This document shows, one piece after another, positions 1 through 15,100 of a DNA stretch of 64,000 nucleotides. The stretch spans positions 2,870 through 66,869 of the forward strand of contig JACPGK010000008.1 of assembly GCA_016182495.1 (NCBI GenBank), read 5' to 3'. A program made the translations under genes and the position numbers. Numbering within the stretch: position 1 is the stretch's first letter; every line of letters starts with the position of its first letter. This DNA is from Candidatus Kerfeldbacteria bacterium. Its GTDB lineage: Bacteria; Patescibacteriota; Patescibacteriia; UBA9570. The notes below the pieces were generated by a model. It made no database searches. It saw nothing but the letters and a program-made list of their open reading frames with translations, and was not told the DNA's origin.

Positions 1-31
1 AAGCAAGATGGCTAAGTCAGAATATAGAATC

Positions 32-676
32 TCAATCTATTGAATTGTAAATTGATTTAATTATTTGTTTTTTTTGTTCATTAACATTTTTGAAAAAGAA
101 TTGGCAAGTGTCCTCAAAGAAATTATCATACTCATTATTCTTAATATTACTTCTTTTTACAAAAATCAAACCGATATTAGTCACACCTGAATTTTCCTTT
201 GCATCAGCTGTGCTTAATTTGAGACTATATTTTTTACCATCCTTTTGAAATGTTCTAGAATCATCTTTCCAATTTTCCCAAATTTCATAACCTGTTTCTA
301 CTTGTGGACAACGCATCTCTCCATATTCAATTTCATTCTCATAAAATGTGAGAACTATATATTCATGATCATTTCCCAATTTTTCAGATGATTCTGTTAA
401 TTTTAAATTGTTAGGATACCTAAAACTAAACCCATACTCCTCATTGGTATAGATGAGCCAGTCTGCTTCGCCCTCTGGACTTCGCAGAACTCCATCACTC
501 GTATCGACCTCACTCCCCTGCTCGGTATTCGTATTATCATTGGTATTCTCTACCACAACTGCATTAGCATTGCTGATGTTGTTCTCATTAGTGGTTGGTT
601 GTGTGCACCCGGCTCCGGCTAGTACTAAGAGGCTAGCGGTGAGAGTGGAGATAATCATGGTTTTAGATGGGTTCAT
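32..676 (-). CDS. hypothetical lipoprotein (signal peptide with lipobox LAGAGC)
   Basis: N-terminus MNPSKTMIISTLTASLLVLAGAGCTQ is a type II signal peptide with a lipobox Cys. The remainder is Asn/Thr/Glu-rich with no recognised domain. The gene is visibly AT-richer than its neighbours. Confidence 0.55.
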   Translation of the reverse strand: MNPSKTMIISTLTASLLVLAGAGCTQPTTNENNISNANAVVVENTNDNTNTEQGSEVDTSDGVLRSPEGEADWLIYTNEEYGFSFRYPNNLKLTESSEKLGNDHEYIVLTFYENEIEYGEMRCPQVETGYEIWENWKDDSRTFQKDGKKYSLKLSTADAKENSGVTNIGLIFVKRSNIKNNEYDNFFEDTCQFFFKNVNEQKKQIIKSIYNSID

Positions 677-941
677 AGTGAGCTTGCTGTAGTATTCATT
701 AGATGGGTTTAATAAAATAACGTCCTAACCAGTACTCCACCGATGTTGAATCGCTGTGGGTAAAGGTGGACGCCTTTGGAAATGATAAATTGTATTGGCA
801 GTCTAGCATGTACACGATGAAGTGTACAGTGGATAAATGGGAGTGCTTTCGCCTCCCTCGTGATCCCGATTCATCCGTTGTAGATTGAATCCGGATCGCC
901 GAGGGAGAACCAGAGCATAAAGAGAATTAGTCCACCAAAGT

Positions 942-2804
942 TTATCCAGCCGTTTGAAACGGAATCTTTTTCGAATAGGCTCCGCCCAAATAGTTGCCAA
1001 CCGCGCGTACCTGCACTTTGTAGTGTTTACCGGATTTTAAGCCTTTTACTTTAGTATTGGTTTTAGTAGTGGTGACGGTTTTGGTTACCGTACTACCACG
1101 CTTCACTTGTACAACATAATGATCACTGCCGGTCACTGCATTCCAGCGCACCTTGGCCGTTTTGGCAGTAACATTGGATACTGTAACGCCCTTCACCTTG
1201 TTGGGAGCGGTTAACATTGAGCCAGAAGGCAAATAGGCTGTGGTGCCGTTATCTTGGACTGAAACTCCACCAATCAATTCAGCTTTTTGGCCATCAGGAT
1301 TAATGACATCAACATTCTGAAAACCACCAGCAGCGCCAGCTAATAAGGTGCCAGTAATCGTTGTTTCAGTAACAGCAACATCCGTTAATGGTACACCACC
1401 AATAACAGCCATAGCTCCGTCAACAAACCCTGTTCCAGTAATAGTAATAGCGGTATCCGCTGTATCATCAACTGCTTCCGGAGATACCATAGCGATATCA
1501 GGCGGTGTATCTGTACTAATGGTAATAGCGTTAGCTAGAGTAGTTTTTTTACCACTTGGAGTAGTAACCCGTAAACCATATTCACCGTCAGTTAAACTAT
1601 AGGGCACGCTAATCTGAATTTCGGTACTACTTACCACAATAGTGGCATCAGCATCAATTACTGTTTGTACGGCGGTACTGCTTGATCCGGGAATAAATTG
1701 GGCAGTTGAGTTGGAGACAAAATCTGATCCGTACACATACACTAATCCACCAGGGTAAGCAATGGCTTGACCCGGCCCACCATAAAAACTAGCCGTGCCG
1801 GTGACCGGTAACGCATCGGGACAAGTTTGGCCTTCTGGTAAGGTAACCCACAGCACAAAATAGCCAGCATTCAAAAATATACCGCTGTTAATGCCCGCCA
1901 CACCCGAGGCAACGTAATCGTTCGAGCCAAATGGTGTGATGTACCAATCACCAGCACTGGTCACTTGCACCTGTTGTGATCGATATAAATACAGTTGCGC
2001 TGGGGTAGCAATTTCTCCACCACTATCCCCACCACAGCTAGCACTGGCTTGTGCGGTTTGTGAATCAAACGACGGTTTCACCGTGATATCATTAGTAACC
2101 CGAACATCATCAATGAGCCAACCTCGGAAACCATTGTATTTTTGGTCAACGGTTTCAAAATAAAATTTCAGTTGAATAGTGTTGCCAACATAGTCTGATA
2201 AATCGGCTTGGGTATGAATCCACTGGCCCACTTGGCCTAAACCACCCGAACTAAATGGCTTCCAGGATTCACCATCTACATCATTTAATGGATTCAAATT
2301 AACCACTGCACTCCAAGTTGCACCACCATCTGTGGTGATGTACACCGACATTAAATCGTATTGATCAACATCAACGCCTTCAATTTCCCACCAATTCCAA
2401 AATGTGAGCGTGGCATTTTCAGAAGTTGTTAAATCAATCGCTGGACTAATTAACTCACCATCGTTGGCTAAATTTGACCAACCGCCATTTTTGGCATCTT
2501 GATCAGCTAAAGTCCAATCCCCTAAAAAGGTTCCATCACTGGCGCTACCATACCACCACACACCCTCACCTGAATAGGCATTAGGTAAAAAACCAAAATC
2601 TGGTAACGATACTAGGGCTGGATTGATATCATCAGCAATGGAAATATTTTCCGGATTGGTTTGTTGATGCCACAAACCAGTGGCTGTCCACGAACCATCA
2701 TCGATTTCCATTTCATCAAAAAATAATGTACCAGCTTGGGCTGGTTGCTTAAACGCCAATACAGCTAAGCCTATAACCAGGCCCAGCCAAACTTGTTTTT
2801 TCAT
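942..2804 (-). CDS. secreted cell-surface protein with IPT/TIG-like Ig repeats and a C-terminal fibronectin type III domain
   Basis: It has a cleavable signal peptide (MKKQVWLGLVIGLAVLAFKQPAQA). The middle segments (ITITGTGFVDGAMAVIGGVPLTDVAVTETTITGTL..., IQISVPYSLTDGEYGLRVTTPSGKKTT) resemble IPT/TIG beta-sandwiches. The C-terminus (VSNVTAKTAKVRWNAVTGSDHYVVQVKRGS...YKVQVRAVGN) is FN3-like. A GGAG lies 7 nt upstream of the ATG. Confidence 0.6.
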   Translation of the reverse strand: MKKQVWLGLVIGLAVLAFKQPAQAGTLFFDEMEIDDGSWTATGLWHQQTNPENISIADDINPALVSLPDFGFLPNAYSGEGVWWYGSASDGTFLGDWTLADQDAKNGGWSNLANDGELISPAIDLTTSENATLTFWNWWEIEGVDVDQYDLMSVYITTDGGATWSAVVNLNPLNDVDGESWKPFSSGGLGQVGQWIHTQADLSDYVGNTIQLKFYFETVDQKYNGFRGWLIDDVRVTNDITVKPSFDSQTAQASASCGGDSGGEIATPAQLYLYRSQQVQVTSAGDWYITPFGSNDYVASGVAGINSGIFLNAGYFVLWVTLPEGQTCPDALPVTGTASFYGGPGQAIAYPGGLVYVYGSDFVSNSTAQFIPGSSSTAVQTVIDADATIVVSSTEIQISVPYSLTDGEYGLRVTTPSGKKTTLANAITISTDTPPDIAMVSPEAVDDTADTAITITGTGFVDGAMAVIGGVPLTDVAVTETTITGTLLAGAAGGFQNVDVINPDGQKAELIGGVSVQDNGTTAYLPSGSMLTAPNKVKGVTVSNVTAKTAKVRWNAVTGSDHYVVQVKRGSTVTKTVTTTKTNTKVKGLKSGKHYKVQVRAVGNYLGGAYSKKIPFQTAG

Positions 2805-2866
2805 AATTCACTCCAATTTAAGAATAAACTTTTATTAACAGTAAGTATAGAACAACAGCTGGCATT

Positions 2867-3417
2867 CTACCAGGGAGTAGCTTTAAAATGCCAACGATAG
2901 CCTAGTCGATTAACCACCACATGCAAAATAATCCCTAAACTTAGCACAATCAGCCAAGTAAGAGCATTCACCGGATAAAACCAATGAATCAGCAAAGTTG
3001 GGCCAATTAAATAATCCACTTGATCGAATGGAAACCACAACGCTCCGGGAGCAATTCGAAAACGTCGCTTAAAAAAACTTTTTATCAGATCGCTCAATAG
3101 AGCGGCGGCTCCAAAAGCAAATCCAAACCACCACGGAAATAAACGATAATCATACACCCCTAACTCTAAAAACTTTGGAAAAATGATGGCTAACAATTTT
3201 TGAATGCTAAACAAAGCCCCACCAAACAAAGTGCCAACCAATAATCCACGCCAAGTTTTATTGCTGCCAAAAATCGGCTGGCCAAACAATTGGTGCCCAC
3301 CATCAATTGGTTGAGCTAACCACTGCCAATGTTTGGCAATTAACACTGGCGACATATTGGCTAATCCAGCTGGCAGAAAAAACCATACTAGTCGCCCAAT
3401 CCATTCAAATACTTCCA

Positions 3418-3418
<1 letters not shown>
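2867..3418 (-). CDS. CTP-dependent cytidylyltransferase-family integral membrane protein (CdsA/CarS-like, short form)
   Basis: It is polytopic. The KTWRG motif and the C-terminal block LIKSFFKRRFRIAPGALWFPFDQVDY resemble the phosphatidate cytidylyltransferase / CDP-archaeol synthase (DUF46) signature region. At 183 aa it is much shorter than bacterial CdsA. Confidence 0.45.
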
Positions 3419-7696
<4,278 letters not shown>

Positions 7697-7702
7697 AGCT
7701 GT

Positions 7703-8734
7703 TTAAAATTGATCAATAAACCTAAAATCTCCGCCCATAAATAATCGAATATCATCAATGTTATACTTCAACATCGCCAAACGCATTAAACCCATACCAA
7801 AGGCAAAGCCAGTATACTTGCCTGGTTCATACCCGGCCGAAGCGAACACTGTAGGATGAATCAAACCGCAGCCGAGCATTTCTACCCAGCCAGTGTATTT
7901 ACAAACAGCACAACCTTGGCCAGCACAGTGTGTACAAGAACAATCGGCTTCAAAGCCTGGCTCAACATACGGAAAATACCCCGGCCGTAATCGCACCTGC
8001 ACATCGCTTTGTAACACTCGCGACATGGCCGTTTTCAAAAAATAGGTTAAGTTACCCAGTGAAATATTCTCATCCACCACAAAACCTTCCATTTGGTAAA
8101 AAGTATGTTCATGCGAGGCATCAATCGCTTCATTACGAAACGCCCGACCCGGTACCACCGCGCGTAGTGGCGGAGTGTATTGCTGCATCAAACGAACTTG
8201 CATGTTAGAAGTATGAGTACGCAATACTCGCTTTACACCCTGATCGTCACCGCTCACATAAAAGGTATCTTGCAAATCTCTGGCGGGATGATGCGGCGGG
8301 ATGTTTAAATATTCAAAACAGTACAACTCGTTTTCTAATTCGTTGCCTTCCATCACCATGAACCCCATGGCATAAAAAATATCAACTAATTCTTCTTGTA
8401 ATTGACGTAACGGGTGTACATGTCCCACCGTTGGCCAAATGCCAGGCAACGTGACATCTGGCACTAGGGTAGTGCTGGCATGGTGATGCTGATTTTGCCA
8501 GGCACTGAACAGTTGTTGCAGCTCTTGTTTGGCATTATTAGCCAAAGCTCCCAGTTGACGCTTATGTTCAACATTATCAAGATGTTGGATTGATCGTAAT
8601 ATTTTCACCAATTCACCCTGTTTGCGACCAAAATAATGATCACGCAATTGCTCAAACTGTTCAACAGTTTCTGTACTTGCCAGCGCTGTACGACCATGAT
8701 TGATTAAGGCTTGAATTTGGTCAGCAGTGATCAT
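7703..8734 (-). CDS. pheS: phenylalanine--tRNA ligase alpha subunit
   Basis: Class II aaRS motifs are present (FRNEAIDASHEHTFYQMEG, GWVEMLGCGLIHP, GFAFGMGLMRLAM). The track ORF begins at a TTG at 8863. I place the start at the internal ATG (MITADQIQ...) at about 8734, which overlaps the upstream gene's stop as ATGA. Confidence 0.88.
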   Translation of the reverse strand: MITADQIQALINHGRTALASTETVEQFEQLRDHYFGRKQGELVKILRSIQHLDNVEHKRQLGALANNAKQELQQLFSAWQNQHHHASTTLVPDVTLPGIWPTVGHVHPLRQLQEELVDIFYAMGFMVMEGNELENELYCFEYLNIPPHHPARDLQDTFYVSGDDQGVKRVLRTHTSNMQVRLMQQYTPPLRAVVPGRAFRNEAIDASHEHTFYQMEGFVVDENISLGNLTYFLKTAMSRVLQSDVQVRLRPGYFPYVEPGFEADCSCTHCAGQGCAVCKYTGWVEMLGCGLIHPTVFASAGYEPGKYTGFAFGMGLMRLAMLKYNIDDIRLFMGGDFRFIDQF

Positions 8735-9120
8735 GCTGCCTGTTTTGTTAAATACAAGGCTTCCACCGCCACCAAGCCTAACACTAATACCATGGCCGAC
8801 CACCAAGTAAACAGCTGGTTCGCCAATAAGGCTAACGACACTACTACGCTTACGGTGAACCAAACCGCTTGACGAATGGCTGGCGTAATATATTGAAAAG
8901 CCATACTACTGTGTTGTCGCAGACGGGCTAATACTAAACGTACTCCTAGGCCAAGCAAAGTAAAGCTGCTTACCAGGGCAATCATTAAGGCTAGGTAAAA
9001 TACGGCCAGACCGATTGCGCCACTAGTTTGTGGATTGATGTACAATACAACTGTCAGCCAAGCTAGCCAACTCATGGTACTGACAATACCTAACACAGCC
9101 AAAAAATGACTGAATTTCAT
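8731..9120 (-). CDS. small hypothetical membrane protein (4 predicted TM helices)
   Basis: It is 129 aa and wholly hydrophobic-helical. It lies between the giant gene and pheS with a start/stop overlap, so co-transcription is likely. Confidence 0.5.
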   Translation of the reverse strand: MKFSHFLAVLGIVSTMSWLAWLTVVLYINPQTSGAIGLAVFYLALMIALVSSFTLLGLGVRLVLARLRQHSSMAFQYITPAIRQAVWFTVSVVVSLALLANQLFTWWSAMVLVLGLVAVEALYLTKQAA

Positions 9121-9171
9121 GCAGCTAGTGTAGCAGATTTATCTGAACCTGGGAACTCATTATTTGCTTTG

Positions 9172-12100
9172 TTAACCCTTTGCTATTTGTTCTACCCGAA
9201 TATTAACGTAGCGTAATTGTTTTCCAGAAATTTTATAGTTAGCATCTTCTATCTGCGGTGTAATTACTTCTCCTGCTAATACCCCATAACTGGTGAGCGA
9301 TACCTCTACTCGGCTGCCAGGAGCTGGTAATGGGCCAGCCATTTTAACAATTTCAACATCACCGTCGCGATCTAACCGATAGCGCACGCCATGAACATCG
9401 TAGCGACCATTACCGGCACTAATTAAGGCTTTCATTTGGCTAACAAAGTTATCATAACCGCGTAGCCATAACGAACGTTCAGCTGCCACCCCGGTTAATG
9501 TTTCTACCCCAACCGTTTCAGCTGCCGTACCAGGTTCAGCCTCTTCTGCCCCAGTTCGTGTAACTGCTTCATCACCGCCACCGCCAGTGCCACGTGTTCC
9601 ATCAAATACACCTTCATCAATTAGTACTCGTTCGCCAGATGTAGAGACTGCTACTCCATCAGCATCACTGCCAGTTGATGTAGCCTCTAACGGCCTGGCG
9701 GCAATGGCGGCATCAAATTGAGCTCCAGCCTGCTGTGATAATGCCGCTCTACTGCTTGCATCAAGTGTCCAGGGATTGTTAGTTATTTGAGCAGCAATGT
9801 ACGCTGCACGATTTACACCATCTACCAATAGTTCGCCGGTAATTGGCCTAGTGGGTGATGCGGCAGCTGTTTCAACCACAGTTGATTGCACGGGCCGTAA
9901 TGGCACCTGTTCAAAGGCTTTATCAAACGCTTCGCCATTATTTAGGAGTTGATGAGTTTGAGCATCGTAAATGAGCAATGTTGGATCATCAGCCGTACCG
10001 CCAACAATAATAGTATATTTATCCGGTTGCATTACCCACACCTGTTTATGAGTAGCCGGGTCGATAATATGAACCTGTTTACCATCAACCGTGATGGTGG
10101 TTTTGGTCAGTATTTCTAACACTTTCTGCTCGATATTTTTACCGCCATTAGTCCAATCCGGTTTAGCCCGTAGTTGATCGCGCACTACGTGCCAAAAACC
10201 TTCTCTGCGGTGCACGGTATAATCTTGCCATTGCTCGTTAGACGGTACGACCGCTGAAGCAACTGGTGGCGCTACTGATTCTGCTGGTGGCGTGACCGGT
10301 GCGGTGACTGGGGTTACGGTTTCAGCTACCGCTGCTGGCACAGTACGAACAGCCACCGGTGCAGCTGTGGCAGCGGCTGGTTCTGCTGGCGGTGTCGTAG
10401 AAGCAGGGGCAACTGGTGGCGCAACAGTCTCGGCCACCGGTGTAACACTGGCTGGCGTAGCTGCCGCTACTGCCGGCGCTTCGGTAGTACTGCTAGCGGT
10501 TGGTGGGGTAGACGGTTGTTCTACAGGGGCGGCAGGCGCTGGCGTTGTTGGGGCTGGAGCAGCCGGTTCGGGGGAAAACCAAAATTTTCCAGCTGTACTT
10601 AACCAATCTTTCACGTGTTCACCCACCAAATCCATCACATCTGGGCCAACTATGGCGCCGACTGCTCCTCCGAGTATTTGAGACCACCGAATAACAGCAC
10701 GATCAGTTCTTTGTAGGTGACCGAATCTTTTTACAGCCTTTGCTAAATCATCATTCAGTTGATTCATTACAGCCACGCCTGCATCGCTAGCCAAACTAGC
10801 CTGGCTGATTTGTTCAACCAGCAAGCGATCAACCTGTTCACGCAAGGCAGCATATTCTTTGGGATGATCAGCTTGCCACATAGCATCAGCCAATTGAGCC
10901 CGAGCTCGAGTAAGATATCTACGACCGGTATCAGTGTCTGTAATGGATTTTAATTGATCAATTGAAACATATCGTCGGCGTTGCTCACCTGCCAGCATAG
11001 CTTTAGCCGCCACCTCGCCTAATTTCATGGTACCGATACCTAGCACAACTTCCCGCAGTATTGGAACTGATCGGCCAATATAGCCAGCCACGGTAAACGC
11101 AGCCGCGGTAGTAACTTGTTCATTTAACCGTTGGCCACCACGAAATAAAGATGCTTGAGTGACTTTATCAAAAAGTTTAGTAACGATACCGCCGTTTTGA
11201 CGGATGGTTTGTTCTTTAAGCGTCGCATCGTTTTGTTTAACGGTATATAAAGCCGCCACGCCAGCCGCTCGCGCTGCACGGCTAGCCTGTAAATCAGCAG
11301 CCATCTCAGCAGATACTCTATCACTATTCCCTAGCTGCCTAATTTGTTCATCGATCGTTTCATTAGTAAGGCGCTGGTGCCAAGCTGCCCCGTCGGCAAT
11401 AGCTTGTTGTAACGCGGCTTGCTGTTCTGGTGTATTACGTTTCAGTAGTTCATCTCGACACTCAACAATTCTTAGCTCTAAACGGTCATTTTCACTAGCT
11501 AAACGATCAATCTCGTGCTGTTTAGCCACGGCCAGTTCAACAGAGAGATTTTCCAGTATATCGCGCAAATTGATACCAACATCATCACTCTGTTTTACTA
11601 TAGCATTCATTAATTTCTGCTGGCGTTGATCAATGGCGCGATCGGCCTGATACAACCAGCCAGCCCGGGCGCCAATTACCGCCGCTACACCTAGTACCGG
11701 GTTAGCCGTTAACGCCGTGGTGCCGGCACCAACCCCAATAATAGTGCCGATTTTGCCTAAAAATTTTCCTAATTTTATGATCTTGCTATCTTTGGCCCGC
11801 TCTTGAGCAGTAGCTATTTCTCGAATAGCCTGGCGTTGTTTTAATAAGGCCGCAGTGACTACGGTACGATCTTCTAGCCCCAAACGAGCTAATAAATCAA
11901 CCACAACGGTACTGGTTGATAAACGATCCGGGGTAGTGAGAGTTAATTGAACTAAATCGGTCAGTAGCCGAGTGATTGTTCCATCATTGGCAATTTCAAG
12001 GCTGCTGGCATATTTTATTTTGGATAATTTTTCATTAATTATGCCACTAGTGCCATAGGATTGTCTCACTTTTTGCTCATTCAACATTCGGCGCACCAAT

Positions 12101-15100
12101 TCAGGTGGCACGGTAGCTACACCTATCGTAGGAGGTTTGAATGATGGTGCCGGCGGCGTTGGCGCTGGAGAGACTGATTCTGGTGGCGTTGGCGCTGGAA
12201 GTGTTGGAGTTGGCTCTGAAGCGGCGGTATTTGGAGTAGCGGAGCCGACCTGGTGACGTTGAGTCCAAAGTTCTTCGATTTTTACACGAATAGCTTCAGG
12301 TTGAGAGCCATCAGGTAAACTAATACGAGCATCGTTCCATAAACTTATGCCTGCGGGTGTAGTGCGATCTGGTACAAGTGGTATCGCGGCGGTGGCAGGC
12401 ACAGTTGGTTCTGTAGCAACAGGTGCGGCTGACATTGCTACTTCAGCAGCATCTAAGGCTGGACTTGTAGGTACTGCTAGTATTGCCTGGTCGGTATCGC
12501 TACTACCTAAGTTTTCATCGAGCATGGTTTGTAATGGCGCGACTTCCGTTGCTTTTGATGCATGATCCGTCATTTGATAGATCTTTGCTAAACTAGCAGC
12601 TAACTTGGCTACTTTAGTTGAGTCAATTTGGCCAGGATTTTTGCCTTTACGCCGTTCAGTGACTAACACATTTAAAGCGGCTAGTTTTTGTGTATTAGGT
12701 AATTTGGCATTAATTCGTTCTATCGTATCAAGATACCTTTCCAATATTGTCGCTACCGCAGCCTGATCGCCAGAAAAAGCAGCACCTAATGCTTTGGTTA
12801 AGGCGGTGATCAATTCAACCGCCCGAACTTCTTTACCGCCAGCCTCTCTAAAATAGGTTTTCATGCCTTCAAGTACTGCTCCACGGCGTTTCTTTAAAGC
12901 AGTATCAACCTTTGTTTCTTCAGCATCAGCTACGGCTGCTGCAGTTAAAGTTGCCTCTGTATCATCGCCAGAGCTAGCTGCCGGAGTTGCTACGGATTCA
13001 TCGGCCGCTGATATAATACCAAATTGAGGAGCTGTCTCGGCAGCAGCGACGGGTTCGGGAGCCATCTTTTGTTTAGCTTCGGCAACTACTGCCGGTAAAT
13101 CTGCTACTGTAGCTGTGCCACCAAATACTCGCTCGTTATTAATAAAAGCAACCACTGTTATAGTGCCATCTGTGTGCGAGGTGTCGCTGACTGATAAACG
13201 TAATACATTGTTGTCACCTTGGTAGTGAAAATCAACTTGGTGTCGCTGGCCGCCAGTATCATCTATTCGGCCAAACGTATCAGGCGTAACTTTTACAATT
13301 GGAGACAATGTATCTAAATGCATACTAATCTCTCGATCATCATCTAGCACTACTGTTTCATCACTAGGCCGATATAATCGTATTCCAGGAATGTTGTAGT
13401 TACGCACTTCTGCATTAACCTCTGGAATGGACGGTTGCCGTTCAATTGGTGCACTTACCCGGCTGGTTGTTTCTTGTAAGTGTTTAACAATAATTACTTG
13501 CAGGGTAATATTATCGCCGCTGCCACTAGACCGACCCTGAATAGTTCTGGAATATAAATTAGCGATATCATTAACCCCCGGGCCTACTCGAACAATAAAA
13601 GGAGCTGTAGAATTATTCCGATCATAAGCTAATTTTATAACATCATTACGAATAGCTTCGACGTCACCAGGATGTTTAGCCACAATTAGCTCAATTTCAT
13701 ATTCACTCACCAAATCAGTAATAGCACCATCAGAACCAAGCAACATCACATCACCTACTGCGGCTTGAAACGAATCAAGCTCGTGTTCTGATGGACGATT
13801 CACATAATAACCACTCGTTCTTGATACTACATTATTGCCAACCCATCCATCTGACGTGTGAACTTTATGACTATAATATAATTTGGCAGCTTCGATGGGC
13901 GATAAATCATCCGCAGCCACTTTGGATTGCAAATCTTCAAACACGGCATTATGAGGCCGAGATGTGCCTGGACGATATACTGCACCACCACGAATAGTAA
14001 CCAACTTAGCATCACCAGCCCAACCATAATTAACTTGGCCGGTAGGCTGTAACTTTAAAAACACCGGGCAAGCATAGCCACCTGGTACAGTTTGTTTGAT
14101 AGTATCATGAACAGCCGTTAAGGCTTGATCAAGCGTACCATCATTCTGAAAAGCTTTCATGCTAGCATTTACACCTGCCAGAGCCGAAGCTCGGCCAGCA
14201 TCACTGCCGCCGGCGCCATCAATCACGCCGCTGAATACTGCACCATCCCGGCCAACTCCAGCAAACATAACATCTTCGTTGGTTTGATATTTTGAACCAG
14301 CTCCACCATTTTCGGTACTACCAGCCAAATGGACATAATCGGTTACAAATTTTAATTCCCCGAACTGTTTATCGGTAATAGCGCGGGCATCGCCTGGGTG
14401 AAATACTTCAAAACCAGTTGGCACTGGTTCTCCAGTTTCCACTGCTGGTGTTGGCTCGACGCCACTGGCAGGTATTGCTGCAGCTTCGGGTTCAGCCAGG
14501 CCTAGGGTAGTAGCATCCTCAATAACAGTTGCCCGAGCTACATAATCGGCTATCCAGCCAGCTGGCACCAAATTTTCCCAAAGTCGAACAACAGCTGGAT
14601 CAATTTCGTTATACTCGCCTCCAACTTTTTGACAAGCTTCACGCACTTTGCGTTTACATTGCTCTTGATCTTCAAGCTGAAGATTGTTTAAAAATCTCTG
14701 GAACGCTTGGCGTACTTCTTGAAAAGCTGGCAACCTAAAATAACTATATGGATGGTGTAAATCAGCTTGATAACCACGCTGATAATGTTCAATTTCCCGT
14801 TCAGTTAATTCTTCATGCGACGGTATTGGTATGTCAGACACATATTCACTAACGCCTAATGTCGCAAATTGACTAGTATGATCATAACCATCGGCTAATT
14901 GTTTATTAAATAGAGTACGAAAGCCGGTGCACAAATATGATTGCAATGCTGGTACAGTGGCAGCTTTAGTTTGAACATATTGTAGATAGTTACTGTTGGA
15001 CGACCAAGTAATATACGTCTCGCCAAAATAAAGGTTAGTTAAAAAATAGCGCCAGTCTTTTAAGCTCTCTGGCCGATTTTTTATATCAGCCAGTTCCATT

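Noticed and set aside
950-970. Apparent plus-strand intrinsic terminator CCGTTTGAAACGG followed by AATCTTTTT
   Set aside because: It lies inside the last codons of the minus-strand 620-aa gene (KKIPFQTAG*). The palindrome and T-run are a by-product of the Lys-Lys-Ile-Pro-Phe-Gln-Thr coding sequence, and there is no plus-strand gene upstream to terminate.
803-1000. 65-aa minus-strand ORF spanning the spacer and the 3' end of the 620-aa gene
   Set aside because: It overlaps the better-supported gene's stop region and the structured spacer, and it has no start context or composition support. I treated it as spurious.
8700-8865. While hand-translating the pheS 5' region I obtained a 1-nt frame discrepancy between my reading of the printed lines and the continuous ORF in the supplied track
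   Set aside because: My manual counts matched the track again immediately upstream and downstream (the gyrB and pheT ATGs and the pheS TTG were verified). I attribute it to a transcription or counting slip on my side, not a real frameshift, and I kept the track coordinates.
10292-12565. Several 65-140-aa plus-strand ORFs (10292-10681, 11204-11629, 12347-12565) inside the giant gene
   Set aside because: They are antisense shadows of the GC- and Ala/Pro-codon-rich low-complexity linkers of the giant protein. Their Ala/Gly/Thr-rich translations are typical shadow artefacts.
10450-14300. Possible LysM-like segment (YTVHRREGFWHVVRDQL...) near residues 1790-1830 of the giant protein
   Set aside because: The resemblance is limited to the first strand and helix of the LysM consensus, and the spacing of the remaining elements does not fit. 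It is too weak to report as a domain.
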